NCBI GenBank assembly: GCA_020851785.1
Contig: JADZCC010000065.1
Location: 6,495 to 70,494 of the forward strand
Origin: Anaerolineales bacterium
Lineage (GTDB): Bacteria; Chloroflexota; Anaerolineae; Anaerolineales; Villigracilaceae
Direction: 5' to 3'
Length of the DNA: 64,000 bases
In this document: in pieces, positions 1 through 9,853 of the stretch
Layout: every line of letters begins with the position of its first letter
Position numbering within the stretch: the stretch's first letter is position 1
Made by a program: the position numbers and the translations under genes
Notes under the pieces: generated by a model
Told to the model about the DNA's origin: nothing
The model's database searches: none
Seen by the model: the letters and a program-made list of their open reading frames with translations, nothing else

Positions 1-272
1 GCGTCGAAGATCTGCTTGTTGAAGATGGGATCCACCGCGTTCATAATCAGGTCAACATTGTATTTCTTCGCCAGCGCTTCCACGCTGGCGCTTTGGCTTG
101 CGTCCACAAATTCCACCGGGAAGCGCGCAGGGTCGCCAATTTTCTTTTGCACTTCTTCGGCGCGTTTCAGGTTATATTCCGCCAGGATCATTTGTTCGAC
201 CCAACCGCGCGATTTGGCCATGACGGCAATCGCCTCGCCCACTCCGCCTACTCCTACCAAAAGTACTTTCAT
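1..272 (-). CDS. saccharopine dehydrogenase-family NAD(P)-binding oxidoreductase, N-terminal fragment (gene runs off the left edge)
   Basis: Reverse-strand translation from ATG at 272 gives MKVLLVGVGGVGEAIAVMAKSRGWVEQMILAEYNLKRAEEVQKKIGDPARFPVEFVDASQSASVEALAKKYNVDLIMNAVDPIFNKQIFD. It has a GxGxxG Rossmann start typical of saccharopine/carboxynorspermidine dehydrogenases. The frame is open to the window edge, so it is absent from the ORF track. Confidence 0.65.
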   Translation of the reverse strand, partial: MKVLLVGVGGVGEAIAVMAKSRGWVEQMILAEYNLKRAEEVQKKIGDPARFPVEFVDASQSASVEALAKKYNVDLIMNAVDPIFNKQIFD

Positions 273-335
273 AAAATGAGATTCTCCATTTGGTTTTATA
301 ACCCGCAGAAGCGAGTTAGATTGACGTATAGAAAC

Positions 336-367
336 AAAAAGACGGCATAGTTTTATGCCGTCTTTTA
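336..367 (-). terminator. rho-independent terminator hairpin (A-run/T-run on both sides, could act bidirectionally)
   Basis: AAAA-GACGGCATA-gttt-TATGCCGTC-TTTT. On the minus strand it is followed by TTTTTGTTT. Confidence 0.6.
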
Positions 368-598
368 TCTGAATTAGTAGCGGTTTGGCGTTTTGGACTG
401 CGCGCTGGGGGCGACCACAATCATCAACGACGTTAAATACGCTTTCACAAACGCATCCCCCACTTTTCTTAAACTAGATACGAGCGCTTTCATTTTTTAC
501 CTTTCAGGTTGGTTCTGCCTTGCGCCAGGATTGGGAGGCAGTCAAAAGTTTTTGGAAGCTTCAGCAGGCCCGGGCGGGGCGCGAAGCGAATTCCCATT

Positions 599-1066
599 CT
601 AAAAATAAATCTCTTTGGCAATCTTCAAGTAGATGAAGGATTCGGTCTCGCGGACGCCGTCCACTTTGGCCAGTTTTTCGGTCATAAACTTGAGCAGGTC
701 TTCGTGGTCTTTGCAAAAGACTTCGGCCATGATGTCGTACCCGCCGCTGACGAAGACGACGTAGATGACTTCGTCCAACTTGGAGAGGTATTCGGCGACG
801 GCGAGCATTTTTTTGGCTTCGGTGCGAATGCCGATCAGCGACATGGAGCGCTTGCCCATGAGCAAGGGGTTGGTGGCGGCGACCACTTTGAGGTAGCCAA
901 GCTCTACGAGGCGGTTGTAGCGCTGACGGATCATGCCGGGGGAAACTTTGAGTTGCTCGGCAATTTGAGCAAAGGCCGCGCGCCCGTCTTTGCGAAGCGC
1001 CTCGATGATGTAAACGTCAATCGCGTCGAGCTTTTCTGGAATGTCGTTGACGATTTCGTTTGACAT
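599..1066 (-). CDS. Lrp/AsnC family transcriptional regulator
   Basis: 155 aa. N-terminal HTH (LDAIDVYIIEALRKDGRAAFAQIAEQLKVSPGMIRQRYNRL) plus a C-terminal RAM/ACT-like domain. Confidence 0.85.
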   Translation of the reverse strand: MSNEIVNDIPEKLDAIDVYIIEALRKDGRAAFAQIAEQLKVSPGMIRQRYNRLVELGYLKVVAATNPLLMGKRSMSLIGIRTEAKKMLAVAEYLSKLDEVIYVVFVSGGYDIMAEVFCKDHEDLLKFMTEKLAKVDGVRETESFIYLKIAKEIYF

Positions 1067-1149
1067 ACGAGCATTGTATAACGATTATTTATTTTTGTCA
1101 ATGGTTTCGTGCTGATTTGTTATAAAATGGCTTTCTTTTTTGATATTTT

Positions 1150-1219
1150 TACAGGTTGAAGGTTGCAGGTTACAGGTTGAAGGTTGCAGGTGTCAGGTGT
1201 CAGGTGTCAGGTGTCAGGT
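1150..1219. repeat. tandem repeat array: 2 x 21 nt (TACAGGTTGAAGGTTGCAGGT) followed by 4 x 7 nt (GTCAGGT)
   Basis: Perfect copies read directly at 1150-1170 and 1171-1191. Heptamers run 1192-1219. The array lies in the promoter-side intergenic region of the Lrp gene. Confidence 0.95.
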
Positions 1220-1293
1220 AGAGCGGTTCGAGGCTAGGGTTTTCGTTGTAAATTGACTACGCGAAGGGAAATCTACTCCTACCCTGCCTTTTG

Positions 1294-1330
1294 TAAAAAA
1301 ACATCCCCGAAGATGATCGTCTTCGGGGAT
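1294..1330 (-). terminator. rho-independent terminator downstream of potD
   Basis: CATCCCCGAAG-atgatcgt-CTTCGGGGATG, with a run of 7 T after it on the minus strand. Confidence 0.8.
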
Positions 1331-1357
1331 GTCTGCAATCTATTTCAACAAGCGAGG

Positions 1358-2509
1358 CTAGTTGCCGCCTTTAACTTCCACCCAAATGTTGTCGTACAAA
1401 ACAGCCGCATCGCCCACATCCACACTGCGATGCCCTTTTTTGATGACATCCGCAGGGACGTTGGTAATCGAAGAATCCATGTAGGCTTTGTATAAATCGG
1501 GATGATCTGTCTTGGCAAATTCCAGGGCCGCGTCGTTGGGGTTGATGTAGGGGAACTCGCGGAGCATCATCCAGAAGACGTCGCCCTGCATGGAGTAGTT
1601 GAGCCAGGCGTAGGCCGCGTCTGCATGAGGCGCGCCAGCCAGCATGACCCAGTTATCCTGCCAGAGGATCGCGCCTTCGGTTGGGTAGATAAATTGAATG
1701 GCGGGATTCTCCTGTTGCGCGAGCAGAGCTTCGGCAGTCCAGACGAAGCCTAAATCCGCTTCGCCAGCGATTAAGGCCGTCTTGGGGCTGTCGCTATCGA
1801 AGACGCGGATGTTGGGGATGAGCTCCTGAAGTTTAACTTTGGCTTCTTCCAACTCGGTGGGGTTGGTCGTGTTGACGTCGTAACCCAAAGTCAGCAAGGC
1901 AATGCCAATGACGGCGCGCGAATCGTCAATGAAGACCATTCTGCCTTTGTATTCCGGGTTCCATAAATCGGCATACGATTTCGGCACGTCCTTCACCTTA
2001 TCCGTGTTGACGACAATTGAGTCAATGCCCGCCTGATACGGGATGCTGTATTTGTTACCCGGGTCAAATTCAAAATCCAGGTAGCTGGAGTTGAAGTTCT
2101 TCATCACCGGCAGTTTGGAGTGATCCAATTCCTGCAAAAGGCCCTGACGAATCATCGGCGGGATGATGTAGTCGGTGGGCTGAACCAGGTCATAGTTCGA
2201 GCCGCCCGCGTTGACCTTGGCATACATTTCTTCGTTCGCGGAATATTCGTCGCGGTTGATCTTCACGCCATAGACCAATTCAAAACATTCGATCATGTCT
2301 TGCGGGATGTATTCCGTCCAGACGAAGATGTTGAGTTCCTTGGAAGTGACCTTTACATCGAACTGAGGAGCCGGGCAAACGTACCCACTGGAAGTCACCT
2401 TCTGGTCGCTACCTTGCGTGGGACTTTCCGACGCGCCTTTACAGGCGCTTAAGACCAGGCTGGCGGTAATCAGCAGGCTTAAGAGGGACATGATTTTGTA
2501 CTTGTTCAT
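1358..2509 (-). CDS. potD: spermidine/putrescine ABC transporter substrate-binding lipoprotein
   Basis: 383 aa. Lipoprotein signal (LLITASLVLSAC). PotD/PotF-like core (FVWTEYIPQDMIECFELVYGVKINRDEYSANEEMYAKV...YDLVQPTDY). RBS GAAGGAGAAG upstream. Confidence 0.8.
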   Translation of the reverse strand: MNKYKIMSLLSLLITASLVLSACKGASESPTQGSDQKVTSSGYVCPAPQFDVKVTSKELNIFVWTEYIPQDMIECFELVYGVKINRDEYSANEEMYAKVNAGGSNYDLVQPTDYIIPPMIRQGLLQELDHSKLPVMKNFNSSYLDFEFDPGNKYSIPYQAGIDSIVVNTDKVKDVPKSYADLWNPEYKGRMVFIDDSRAVIGIALLTLGYDVNTTNPTELEEAKVKLQELIPNIRVFDSDSPKTALIAGEADLGFVWTAEALLAQQENPAIQFIYPTEGAILWQDNWVMLAGAPHADAAYAWLNYSMQGDVFWMMLREFPYINPNDAALEFAKTDHPDLYKAYMDSSITNVPADVIKKGHRSVDVGDAAVLYDNIWVEVKGGN

Positions 2510-2575
2510 CTTACTTCTCCTTCATAAATAAAATGTTTGGCACACGTCGGCGACGCGAAATACCCGAATAAAAGA

Positions 2576-3472
2576 TTAGGCGCGTTCCTTGCTTTCCCGG
2601 TTTTGTAAAATATGCAGGGCAAGAACTGCCAAAAAGACGACCAAAATCCAGACCGTGGAAAGCGCGTTGACCTGCGGCGTGATGATGCGGCGCAACAAGC
2701 CATACACGTAGATTGGCAGGGTTGTGGAACCGGGCCCGTTGGTGAAGAACGTAATCACGAAATCGTCCAGCGATAAGGTAAAAGCCAGCAACCCGCCGGA
2801 AAGCACGCCGGGCAAGATCATCGGCAGGGTCACGCGACGAAAGGTCGTCCATTCGTTGGCGCCCAAGTCCATGGCCGCCTCTTCAAAAGATTTATCAAAG
2901 CCTTGCAGGCGGGCTTGCACCACCAGCGTGACAAATGGAACCATGAAGGCGATATGACTAATCGTCACCGTGGCAATGCCCATTGAAAGGCGCGCATCGC
3001 CGCTCAGGTTGAACGCCGTATTGGCCCAGGTAAACAACTGGCTGAACAAAGTCAGCACGCCGATACCCATCACAATTTCAGGAATCACGATTGGAATGTA
3101 CAAAGCCAACTGCGAGAACGGTTTGATCTTAAAATCGTAACGTTGAAGCGCAATCGCGGACATCGTGCCGATGATGGTGGAAATCAGCGTGGCGATGATG
3201 GCGATCTTGAGCGTATTGCCCGCCGCCGCCATCACGTCATCATTCTTGGCAAGGTCACAGTACCAGTGAAACGGCCCGCAGGGGCTGGAGACCACCAGAC
3301 TGCCGTCCATTTGCGTGTTTTCGCTAAACGAGGTGATAAATCCTTCAAAGGTGACGTTGGTGCGCGAGGCGTTGAAGGAATACAAAATCAGGCCGATAAT
3401 TGGGGCGTATAAGAAGACATAGACCAAAAAGGCGGCGAGACGAACGAGCGGAGCGCGACGATGGGGATTCAT
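2576..3472 (-). CDS. potC: spermidine/putrescine ABC transporter permease
   Basis: 298 aa polytopic protein. EAA-type loop ([21 protein letters not shown]). 4-nt overlap with the upstream permease gene. Confidence 0.8.
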   Translation of the reverse strand: MNPHRRAPLVRLAAFLVYVFLYAPIIGLILYSFNASRTNVTFEGFITSFSENTQMDGSLVVSSPCGPFHWYCDLAKNDDVMAAAGNTLKIAIIATLISTIIGTMSAIALQRYDFKIKPFSQLALYIPIVIPEIVMGIGVLTLFSQLFTWANTAFNLSGDARLSMGIATVTISHIAFMVPFVTLVVQARLQGFDKSFEEAAMDLGANEWTTFRRVTLPMILPGVLSGGLLAFTLSLDDFVITFFTNGPGSTTLPIYVYGLLRRIITPQVNALSTVWILVVFLAVLALHILQNRESKERA

Positions 3473-4392
3473 GCGGCTACAATCTCCTCTCCAAAACCAA
3501 ATTTGCGCGTGTAGAAGTAGGTCACGATCAGGGTCAACACCATGAGGATGAGAGAAGCGGCCGAACCGAAGGCTGGGTCACGCGCGTCGAGAAATTGCCG
3601 CTGAATCAGGTTGCCGACCAAAATCACCTGCCGCCCACCGAGGATGTCGGAGACGATGAACGTGCCCATGACCGGAATGAAGACCAAAATGGTGCCAGCC
3701 ACCACGCCCGGCATCGAAAGCGGAAGCGTCACTTTGGCAAAGGTTTTGGAGGCGTTCGCGCCCAAGTCGGCGGCGGCTTCGTACAGCGAGTTGTCAATTT
3801 TTTCCAGCGACGTATAAATGGGCAAAATCATAAACGGTAAAAATTCGTAGACCATGCCCACCAAAACCGCGCCCGGCGTGTACAACATTTCCAGCGGGAC
3901 GAAATTGAATCCCAGCCAGTGCGCGATCGTGCCGATGATGATATTGATTGCGCCTTCCTTGCGCAGTAACACCATCCAGGCATAGACGCGGATGACGAAA
4001 TTCGTCCACAACGGAATCAAAACCATGAACAAATACGTACTGCGTTGTTTGGGGTTCGCGCGCGCAATAAAGTACGCCAGCGGGTACGCCAGCAAAATGA
4101 CCAACACGGTTGTGTTGAACGCCAGCGTTAACGAGCGCCATAAAATTTGCAGGTACAACGGGTCAAAACAAGTGGACTGCCCGGCCGCGCAATCTGTGCT
4201 AAAGCCTATCAAACGGGCGTAATTATCCAACGTAAACTTGAAGATCACGTTGCCGTCCGGACTACGTCCGCCAAAGCTCACGACCAGAGTCAAAAACAAC
4301 GGGACGATTAACAACACGAACAGCCAGATCGTGGTTGGCAGGGCCAGCAATGTGCCTTGCGCCGATTTATTTTCACGAAGACGCTTTAACAT
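3469..4392 (-). CDS. potB: spermidine/putrescine ABC transporter permease
   Basis: 307 aa. EAA loop ([21 protein letters not shown]). Confidence 0.8.
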   Translation of the reverse strand: MLKRLRENKSAQGTLLALPTTIWLFVLLIVPLFLTLVVSFGGRSPDGNVIFKFTLDNYARLIGFSTDCAAGQSTCFDPLYLQILWRSLTLAFNTTVLVILLAYPLAYFIARANPKQRSTYLFMVLIPLWTNFVIRVYAWMVLLRKEGAINIIIGTIAHWLGFNFVPLEMLYTPGAVLVGMVYEFLPFMILPIYTSLEKIDNSLYEAAADLGANASKTFAKVTLPLSMPGVVAGTILVFIPVMGTFIVSDILGGRQVILVGNLIQRQFLDARDPAFGSAASLILMVLTLIVTYFYTRKFGFGEEIVAA

Positions 4393-4394
4393 GG

Positions 4395-5507
4395 CTAATC
4401 CTTTTTCAAGATCAAGGTGTTTTCCGGCGGGAAGGTAAACAGCACTTCCTCGTCTTTGACGTAAAACGTGTTCGGGTCAAGGCTGGAGATACGGTTTTGT
4501 TCCATCACCTTCAGGCGTGAGCCGTTCAAATCCAGATACAAATGCGTATTCGAGCCAATATAAACCGCCGTGCCAACTTTGGCTTTGAAAATTCCCGCGC
4601 CGCTTTGGTTTTCCACAATCCGAATTTTTTCAGGACGAATGGAAACAATCACATCCGAACCGTTGACCAGGTCCTTGTTCATCGGCAGGCCGGTCACTTC
4701 GGCGTTGAGGAGCGGGACGAAAACCACCGCCGCATTGCCAGACATGGACTTGAGCTTGCCTTCGAGGAAATTTGACTCGCCGATAAAATCCGCCACGAAC
4801 TTGTTGGCTGGACGCTCGTAAATTTCAACCGGCGTGGCGAGTTGCTGAACCTTGCCCTTGCTCATCACCGCAATCCGGTCAGACATCGTCAGAGCTTCTT
4901 CTTGATCGTGCGTGACGTAGATGAAGGTAATGCCCAGCCTTTGTTGAAGCGCCTTCAATTCAAGTTGCATTTCCTTGCGGAGTTTCAAATCCAACGCGCC
5001 GAGCGGTTCGTCGAGGAGCAAAACGCTGGGGGTTTTGACCAAACTTCGGGCGAGCGCGACGCGCTGTTGCTGTCCGCCGGAGAGTTGGCGCGGCTTGCGG
5101 CGATCCATGCCGGTTAATTGCACCATATCCAGCGCTTTGCCCACACGCTCTTTAATTTCGCTTTCGCCAACCCCTTCCATCTCCAAGCCAAAAGCCACAT
5201 TTTGGAAGATGGTCATGTGCTGGAACAAGGCATAACTCTGAAAGACCGTGTTCACCTTGCGCTGAAACGGCGGGGTGTGACCCATCGCCTGTCCTTCAAT
5301 ACAGACCTCGCCCTCCGTGGGCCATTCAAAACCGGCGATCATCCTCAGGGAAGTGGTCTTGCCGCAACCCGAAGAGCCAAGCATGGAGAAAAATTCCCCA
5401 TTCTTAATCTGCATGGTCACATGGTCCACGGCGGCCATTTCATTCCCCTCCGGCGTGATGAAGCGTTTTACTACGTCTTTCAATTCAACTGCAAATTCAC
5501 TGGCCAT
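4395..5507 (-). CDS. potA: spermidine/putrescine ABC transporter ATP-binding protein
   Basis: 370 aa. Walker [10 protein letters not shown], signature LSGGQQQRV, Walker B LLLDEP, C-terminal TOBE-like region. Confidence 0.85.
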   Translation of the reverse strand: MASEFAVELKDVVKRFITPEGNEMAAVDHVTMQIKNGEFFSMLGSSGCGKTTSLRMIAGFEWPTEGEVCIEGQAMGHTPPFQRKVNTVFQSYALFQHMTIFQNVAFGLEMEGVGESEIKERVGKALDMVQLTGMDRRKPRQLSGGQQQRVALARSLVKTPSVLLLDEPLGALDLKLRKEMQLELKALQQRLGITFIYVTHDQEEALTMSDRIAVMSKGKVQQLATPVEIYERPANKFVADFIGESNFLEGKLKSMSGNAAVVFVPLLNAEVTGLPMNKDLVNGSDVIVSIRPEKIRIVENQSGAGIFKAKVGTAVYIGSNTHLYLDLNGSRLKVMEQNRISSLDPNTFYVKDEEVLFTFPPENTLILKKD

Positions 5508-5537
5508 CTATCTTCTCCTTGTTAATAGGGTATCGAA

Positions 5538-6896
5538 TTAGATTGTCCTGCTTATTTCTTTCAGCGTATCTTCCAGACGATTTAACAATAAATCCATTTG
5601 TTCTTTTGTGACCACCAGCGGCGGCTCAATCCGCACGGTTTGCGCGCTGGTGAGCGTGCCCGCTACCAGGATGTGCCGCTTGAACAACCCGGAAGCCACT
5701 TTGAAGCCCAACTCCGGCGTTTTGAAGTGCATTCCGATCAGGAGTCCTTTGCCGGTTATTTTCTCATAAATTTGGGGGTATTGCGCGACGAATTTTTCAA
5801 GTTGCGGAATTAAGTACACGCCTTTTTCCGCGGCTTGCTCCCAGAGCCTTTCACGCAAGGTGACGTGAATGGCCGAGATGGCCGCCGAGCAAGCCAACGC
5901 GCCGCCGCCGGTGGTGGTGGTGTGCATAAACGGATTGGGATACATCATCGGGCGGTAAATTTCCTCGGTGGTGGTCACGGCGCTGATCGGCATCACGCCG
6001 CCGCCCAACGACTTGGCTACAGTCAAAATATCCGGCGTCACGTTCCAATGCTCCACGCCCCATAATTTTCCAGTCCGGCCCAGCCCGGTCTGCACTTCGT
6101 CGGCGATGAGGAGCGCGCCGTATTTTTTCGTCGCGACGCGGATGCGCGGCCAGAAATCATCCGGCGGGACGATCGCGCCCGACTCGCCTTGAATGGGTTC
6201 AAACATCACCGCCGCCACGCCAATCCCCACCTTGTCGCAAATTTCAAGTTGCTTTTCCACCGCTTCGGCGTCGCCAAAGGGAACGTGATACACCTGACCG
6301 GCGTACATCTGCCCCATGGGGACGCGGAAATCCGCCTTGCCCATCAACGAAAGCGAACCCATCGTCTTGCCGTGAAAAGCGCGCACGCCGACGATGAAGG
6401 CGGTTTTGCCCGTGTACAGTTTGGCAATCTTCATCGCGGCTTCGTTGGCTTCCGTGCCGCTCGCGCCAAACCAGCTATATTTCAAATCGCCCGGCGTGAT
6501 GGAGGCGATTAACTTCGCCAGCACGCCGCGCAAGGGATCGAGCAATTCCTGCGAGGGCATGGGCGAACGCTCCAACTGCGCCTTGACCGTGTTAACCACA
6601 TCGGGATGACTCCAGCCCAAATCCATCATGCCAAAGCCGCCGAGAAAGTCCAGATACTCGCGGCCCAACACGTCTTTGAAGACTGCGCCGGAGCCGCCCC
6701 ACTCCACCGCCGCCCAGTCGCCAGACTCCGTGACCGACTTGCGATATTCCAGCCAGTTGCGGTTGTAATATTCGGCAAAGTTCGTTTTCGATTCGTCAAT
6801 AATTTCATAGGCGCGTTCTTTGGTCGGGAATTCATTCTTCTGAATCAAATCCATCCAATGCGCCGAGTAATCTAATGCGTCTTCGTAGTCAATCAT
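5538..6896 (-). CDS. class-III PLP aminotransferase, putrescine aminotransferase (YgjG/PatA)-like
   Basis: 452 aa. SQELLDPLRGVLAKLIASITPGDLKYSWFGASGTEANEAA, EPIQGESG and DEVQTGLGRTGKLW closely follow my recollection of E. coli PatA. Confidence 0.75.
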   Translation of the reverse strand: MIDYEDALDYSAHWMDLIQKNEFPTKERAYEIIDESKTNFAEYYNRNWLEYRKSVTESGDWAAVEWGGSGAVFKDVLGREYLDFLGGFGMMDLGWSHPDVVNTVKAQLERSPMPSQELLDPLRGVLAKLIASITPGDLKYSWFGASGTEANEAAMKIAKLYTGKTAFIVGVRAFHGKTMGSLSLMGKADFRVPMGQMYAGQVYHVPFGDAEAVEKQLEICDKVGIGVAAVMFEPIQGESGAIVPPDDFWPRIRVATKKYGALLIADEVQTGLGRTGKLWGVEHWNVTPDILTVAKSLGGGVMPISAVTTTEEIYRPMMYPNPFMHTTTTGGGALACSAAISAIHVTLRERLWEQAAEKGVYLIPQLEKFVAQYPQIYEKITGKGLLIGMHFKTPELGFKVASGLFKRHILVAGTLTSAQTVRIEPPLVVTKEQMDLLLNRLEDTLKEISRTI

Positions 6897-6908
6897 AAAA
6901 ATCCTTTT

Positions 6909-8375
6909 CTAAAACTTCCTCGTCCATTCTTTGGGCCAGCGTTCAATCACCACTTTCTTCTGTGTGAAGAATTCCACCGCATCCATGCCCTGACCGTGCA
7001 TATCGCCAAAGAACGAATCCTTCCAGCCGCTGAACGGGAAGAAGGCCATCGGCGCGGCGACGCCAATGTTGATGCCGATGTTGCCCGCTTCAGCTTCGTA
7101 CCTGAATTTGCGCGCGGCAGAACCCGACGACGTAAATAGACTCGCCTGATTGCCATATTGTCCGCTGTTGACCAACTCAATCGCATCTTCGACGGAGTTG
7201 ACGTGCATGAGACTCAGCACCGGCCCAAAAATTTCGGTCTTCGCGATTTCGCTTCCGGGCCGGACCTCGGAGAGGATCGTCGGGCGGACGAAGGCTCCAC
7301 GCTCGTAGCCTTTCACTTGCGTTCCGCGCCCATCCACTGGAACGCCCGCGCCTTCTTTCGCGCCCAGCGCAATTAATTGCTCCACGCGTTGTTGCGAAGC
7401 GACATTGATCAACGGGCCCATCTGCACGCCGGAGTCCATGCCATAACCAACGACGCGAGACGAAGCGGCATCGCAAATTAATTCGGTGAATTGGTTTTTG
7501 GCGTCGCCCACGGTCACAGCCAGAGAAACTGCCAGACAGCGCTGACCCGCACACCCGAAGGCCGAGTCGGCGACGATTCTCGTCGCCATCTCCATATCTG
7601 CATCCGGCAAGACGATCACCGGATTCTTCGCACCGCCCTGCGCCTGCACACGCTTGCCATGCGACGCGGCGGTGGCGTAAATATATTTAGCGATGTGGGT
7701 CGAGCCGACAAACGTGACGGCGCGAATGCTTGGATGTTCGAGAATGCCATCCACCGCTTCTTTGGCGCCGTTAACGAGGTTGATCACGCCTTTGGGAAAG
7801 CCGACCTGCTCGATGAGCTTCATAATGAATTGCATCGTCATCGGCACTTTTTCAGACGGCTTGATGATGTAGGTGTTGCCCGCCGCGACCGCGTAGGGCA
7901 GATACCAAAAGGGAATCATGCCGGGGAAGTTGAACGGCGCGATAGTGGCGCACACGCCCACAGGCTGACGAATCATCAACTCATCTATGCCGGAGGCGAT
8001 GTCTTCCGCAAATTCGCCTTTCATCATCATCGGCATCCCGCAGGCCACTTCGATATTTTCGTAAGCGCGCACCATTTCGGCTTTCGCTTCTTCAAACGTC
8101 TTGCCGCATTCGTCGGTGATGAGTTTGCCAATTTCATCGGCATTTTCGCGCATGAGATTTCGTAATTTGAATAAATATTGCACGCGGTCATTGACCGGCG
8201 TCCTGCGCCAGGCAGGGAGCGCCTCGCTCGCCGCTTTCGCCGCTGAGTCCACGTCCGCTTTCGTGCCGAGCGGCGTCCTGGCGATGACCTCTCCCGTTGC
8301 GGGGTTGATCACGTCAAAATATTCGGTGGCGTTGGGTTTTGTCCATTGGTTGTTGATGTAGTTGAGGATTTCCAT
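6909..8375 (-). CDS. aldehyde dehydrogenase, CoA-acylating methylmalonate/malonate-semialdehyde dehydrogenase-like
   Basis: 488 aa. Catalytic-Cys context [10 protein letters not shown] and a C-terminal [12 protein letters not shown] tail typical of the MmsA/IolA subfamily. Confidence 0.7.
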   Translation of the reverse strand: MEILNYINNQWTKPNATEYFDVINPATGEVIARTPLGTKADVDSAAKAASEALPAWRRTPVNDRVQYLFKLRNLMRENADEIGKLITDECGKTFEEAKAEMVRAYENIEVACGMPMMMKGEFAEDIASGIDELMIRQPVGVCATIAPFNFPGMIPFWYLPYAVAAGNTYIIKPSEKVPMTMQFIMKLIEQVGFPKGVINLVNGAKEAVDGILEHPSIRAVTFVGSTHIAKYIYATAASHGKRVQAQGGAKNPVIVLPDADMEMATRIVADSAFGCAGQRCLAVSLAVTVGDAKNQFTELICDAASSRVVGYGMDSGVQMGPLINVASQQRVEQLIALGAKEGAGVPVDGRGTQVKGYERGAFVRPTILSEVRPGSEIAKTEIFGPVLSLMHVNSVEDAIELVNSGQYGNQASLFTSSGSAARKFRYEAEAGNIGINIGVAAPMAFFPFSGWKDSFFGDMHGQGMDAVEFFTQKKVVIERWPKEWTRKF

Positions 8376-8390
8376 GAGTTCTCCAAAATC

Positions 8391-8438
8391 GGTTGAAGGT
8401 TGAAGGTCGCAAGTTAAAAACCTGCAACCTTCAACCTG
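8391..8438. repeat. intercistronic hairpin copy of the GGTTGAAGGT...ACCTTCAACC repeat family
   Basis: GGTTGAAGGT (8391-8400) pairs with ACCTTCAACC (8427-8436). The core GCAAGTTAAAAACC is shared with the copy at 9785-9845. Confidence 0.85.
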
Positions 8439-8443
8439 TGTCC

Positions 8444-9769
8444 TTAAACGAGTTTCCCGTCGGCCACTTCCAGCGCTTTCTCGATAATTGCCAATCCTTC
8501 ATCCAATTGCTCTTTGGTGATACATAACGGCGGAACGATGAAGAGCATACTGCCCATGGGATTGGCCATGATGAAGGTGAAGAGTCCATTTTGGCGCAAG
8601 ACCTTCCCCACTTCCGCCATAACGGCAGGCGAGAAAACTTCTTTCGTCTCCCGATTCGTCACCAACTCAATCGTTGAGAAAAGTCCGATATAGCGCACGT
8701 CGCCGACAGAGGGATGTTTGACCTTGATATCTTCGAGACATTCACCGAGGTAGTTTCCAAGTTTGCGCGCATTTTCAAGCAGATGATCTTCGGTGTAAAC
8801 GTCTATGGTGGCGAGCGCCGCCGCGCACGACAAGGCATGACCGTTATACGTCAGCCCGGCGTAGAGATATTTATCTTCAAAAAATTCGGCAATCTTGTCT
8901 GAAACAATCACCGCGCCGAGCGGAACGTATCCGCTGGTGATGCCTTTGGCGGTGGTGATGATGTCGGGGACGACGTTCCAGTTATCCACGGCGAACCATT
9001 CGCCGGTGCGGCCCCATCCGCTCATCACTTCGTCGGAAATTAACAGGATGCCGTACTTGTCGCAGACTTCGCGCACGCGCGGCCAGTAATCATCCGGCGG
9101 GACTATCAGTCCATTCGAGCCGACGACTCCTTCCATGATGATGGCGGCGATCTTGTCGGGGCCTTCGTACTTGATCACCTCTTCGAGATGTGAAATACAT
9201 TCACGCTTGCAAGATTCTTTCTTCTGCCCAAACGGACAGCGATAGCAATGCGGGTTCATGAAATGCACGCCGCCCGGCATGGTCGGTTCGACGGCAAGGC
9301 GGCGATAATCTCCCGTGAGGGCGATTGAGCCATGCGTCGCGCCGTGATAGGAACGATACTGCGCCAAAATTTTATGTCTGCCTGTGTAGAAGCGCGCGAT
9401 TTTGATGGCGTTCTCATTTGCTTCCGCGCCGCCGAGGGCAAAGAAGGTCTTCTTCAAATTTCCCGGCGTCACTTCCGCCAGTTTTTTGCCAAGCAAAGCG
9501 CGGACGTCGGTGGTATTGCCCGGATGCACAAAACAAAGTTTTGCGGCCTGCTCCTGAATGGCTTTGACCACTTTGGGATGTTGATGCCCGATATTGGTAT
9601 TCATCAACTGCGACGAAAAGTCCATGTAGCGTTTTCCATCGGTGTCCCAAAAATAAATTCCCTCCGCCTTTTCCACGGCCATGGGGCTTACCTGCCCCTG
9701 CACAGACCATGAAAAAAAGGTGTATTCCTTGCTGAGATCAACGATTTCTTGAGTGGTTAAGTTAGGCAT
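8444..9769 (-). CDS. class-III PLP aminotransferase (omega-amino acid / beta-alanine:pyruvate type)
   Basis: 441 aa. [53 protein letters not shown]. Confidence 0.7.
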   Translation of the reverse strand: MPNLTTQEIVDLSKEYTFFSWSVQGQVSPMAVEKAEGIYFWDTDGKRYMDFSSQLMNTNIGHQHPKVVKAIQEQAAKLCFVHPGNTTDVRALLGKKLAEVTPGNLKKTFFALGGAEANENAIKIARFYTGRHKILAQYRSYHGATHGSIALTGDYRRLAVEPTMPGGVHFMNPHCYRCPFGQKKESCKRECISHLEEVIKYEGPDKIAAIIMEGVVGSNGLIVPPDDYWPRVREVCDKYGILLISDEVMSGWGRTGEWFAVDNWNVVPDIITTAKGITSGYVPLGAVIVSDKIAEFFEDKYLYAGLTYNGHALSCAAALATIDVYTEDHLLENARKLGNYLGECLEDIKVKHPSVGDVRYIGLFSTIELVTNRETKEVFSPAVMAEVGKVLRQNGLFTFIMANPMGSMLFIVPPLCITKEQLDEGLAIIEKALEVADGKLV

Positions 9770-9784
9770 AAGTTCCTCAGTTAT

Positions 9785-9845
9785 GGGTTGACAGGTTTGT
9801 AAAATTGCAGGTTAAAGGTTGCAAGTTATAAACCTTCAACCTGTC
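9785..9845. repeat. intercistronic hairpin copy of the same repeat family
   Basis: CAGGTTAAAGGTT (9808-9820) pairs with AACCTTCAACCTG (9831-9843) with one mismatch. Loop is GCAAGTTATA. Confidence 0.85.
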
Positions 9846-9853
9846 GCTTTCAA

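Noticed and set aside
509-1063. 184-aa plus-strand ORF opposite the Lrp gene. Similar large antisense ORFs occur at 7491-8165 (in the ALDH), 13632-14132 (in the ATP-grasp gene), 23158-23712 (in the ROK regulator), 43034-43546 (in pyrG) and 47497-47955 (in the GH13 gene).
   Set aside because: Each is antisense to a gene with clear family motifs. None has a recognisable domain or RBS.
2511-2852. 113-aa and 65-aa minus-strand ORFs bridging the potD-potC junction (2506-2852).
   Set aside because: They overlap the 3' end of the potC permease ORF in another frame. Their sequence is Arg-rich with no support. The 66-nt gap 2510-2575 is simply the potC-potD spacer carrying the potD RBS.
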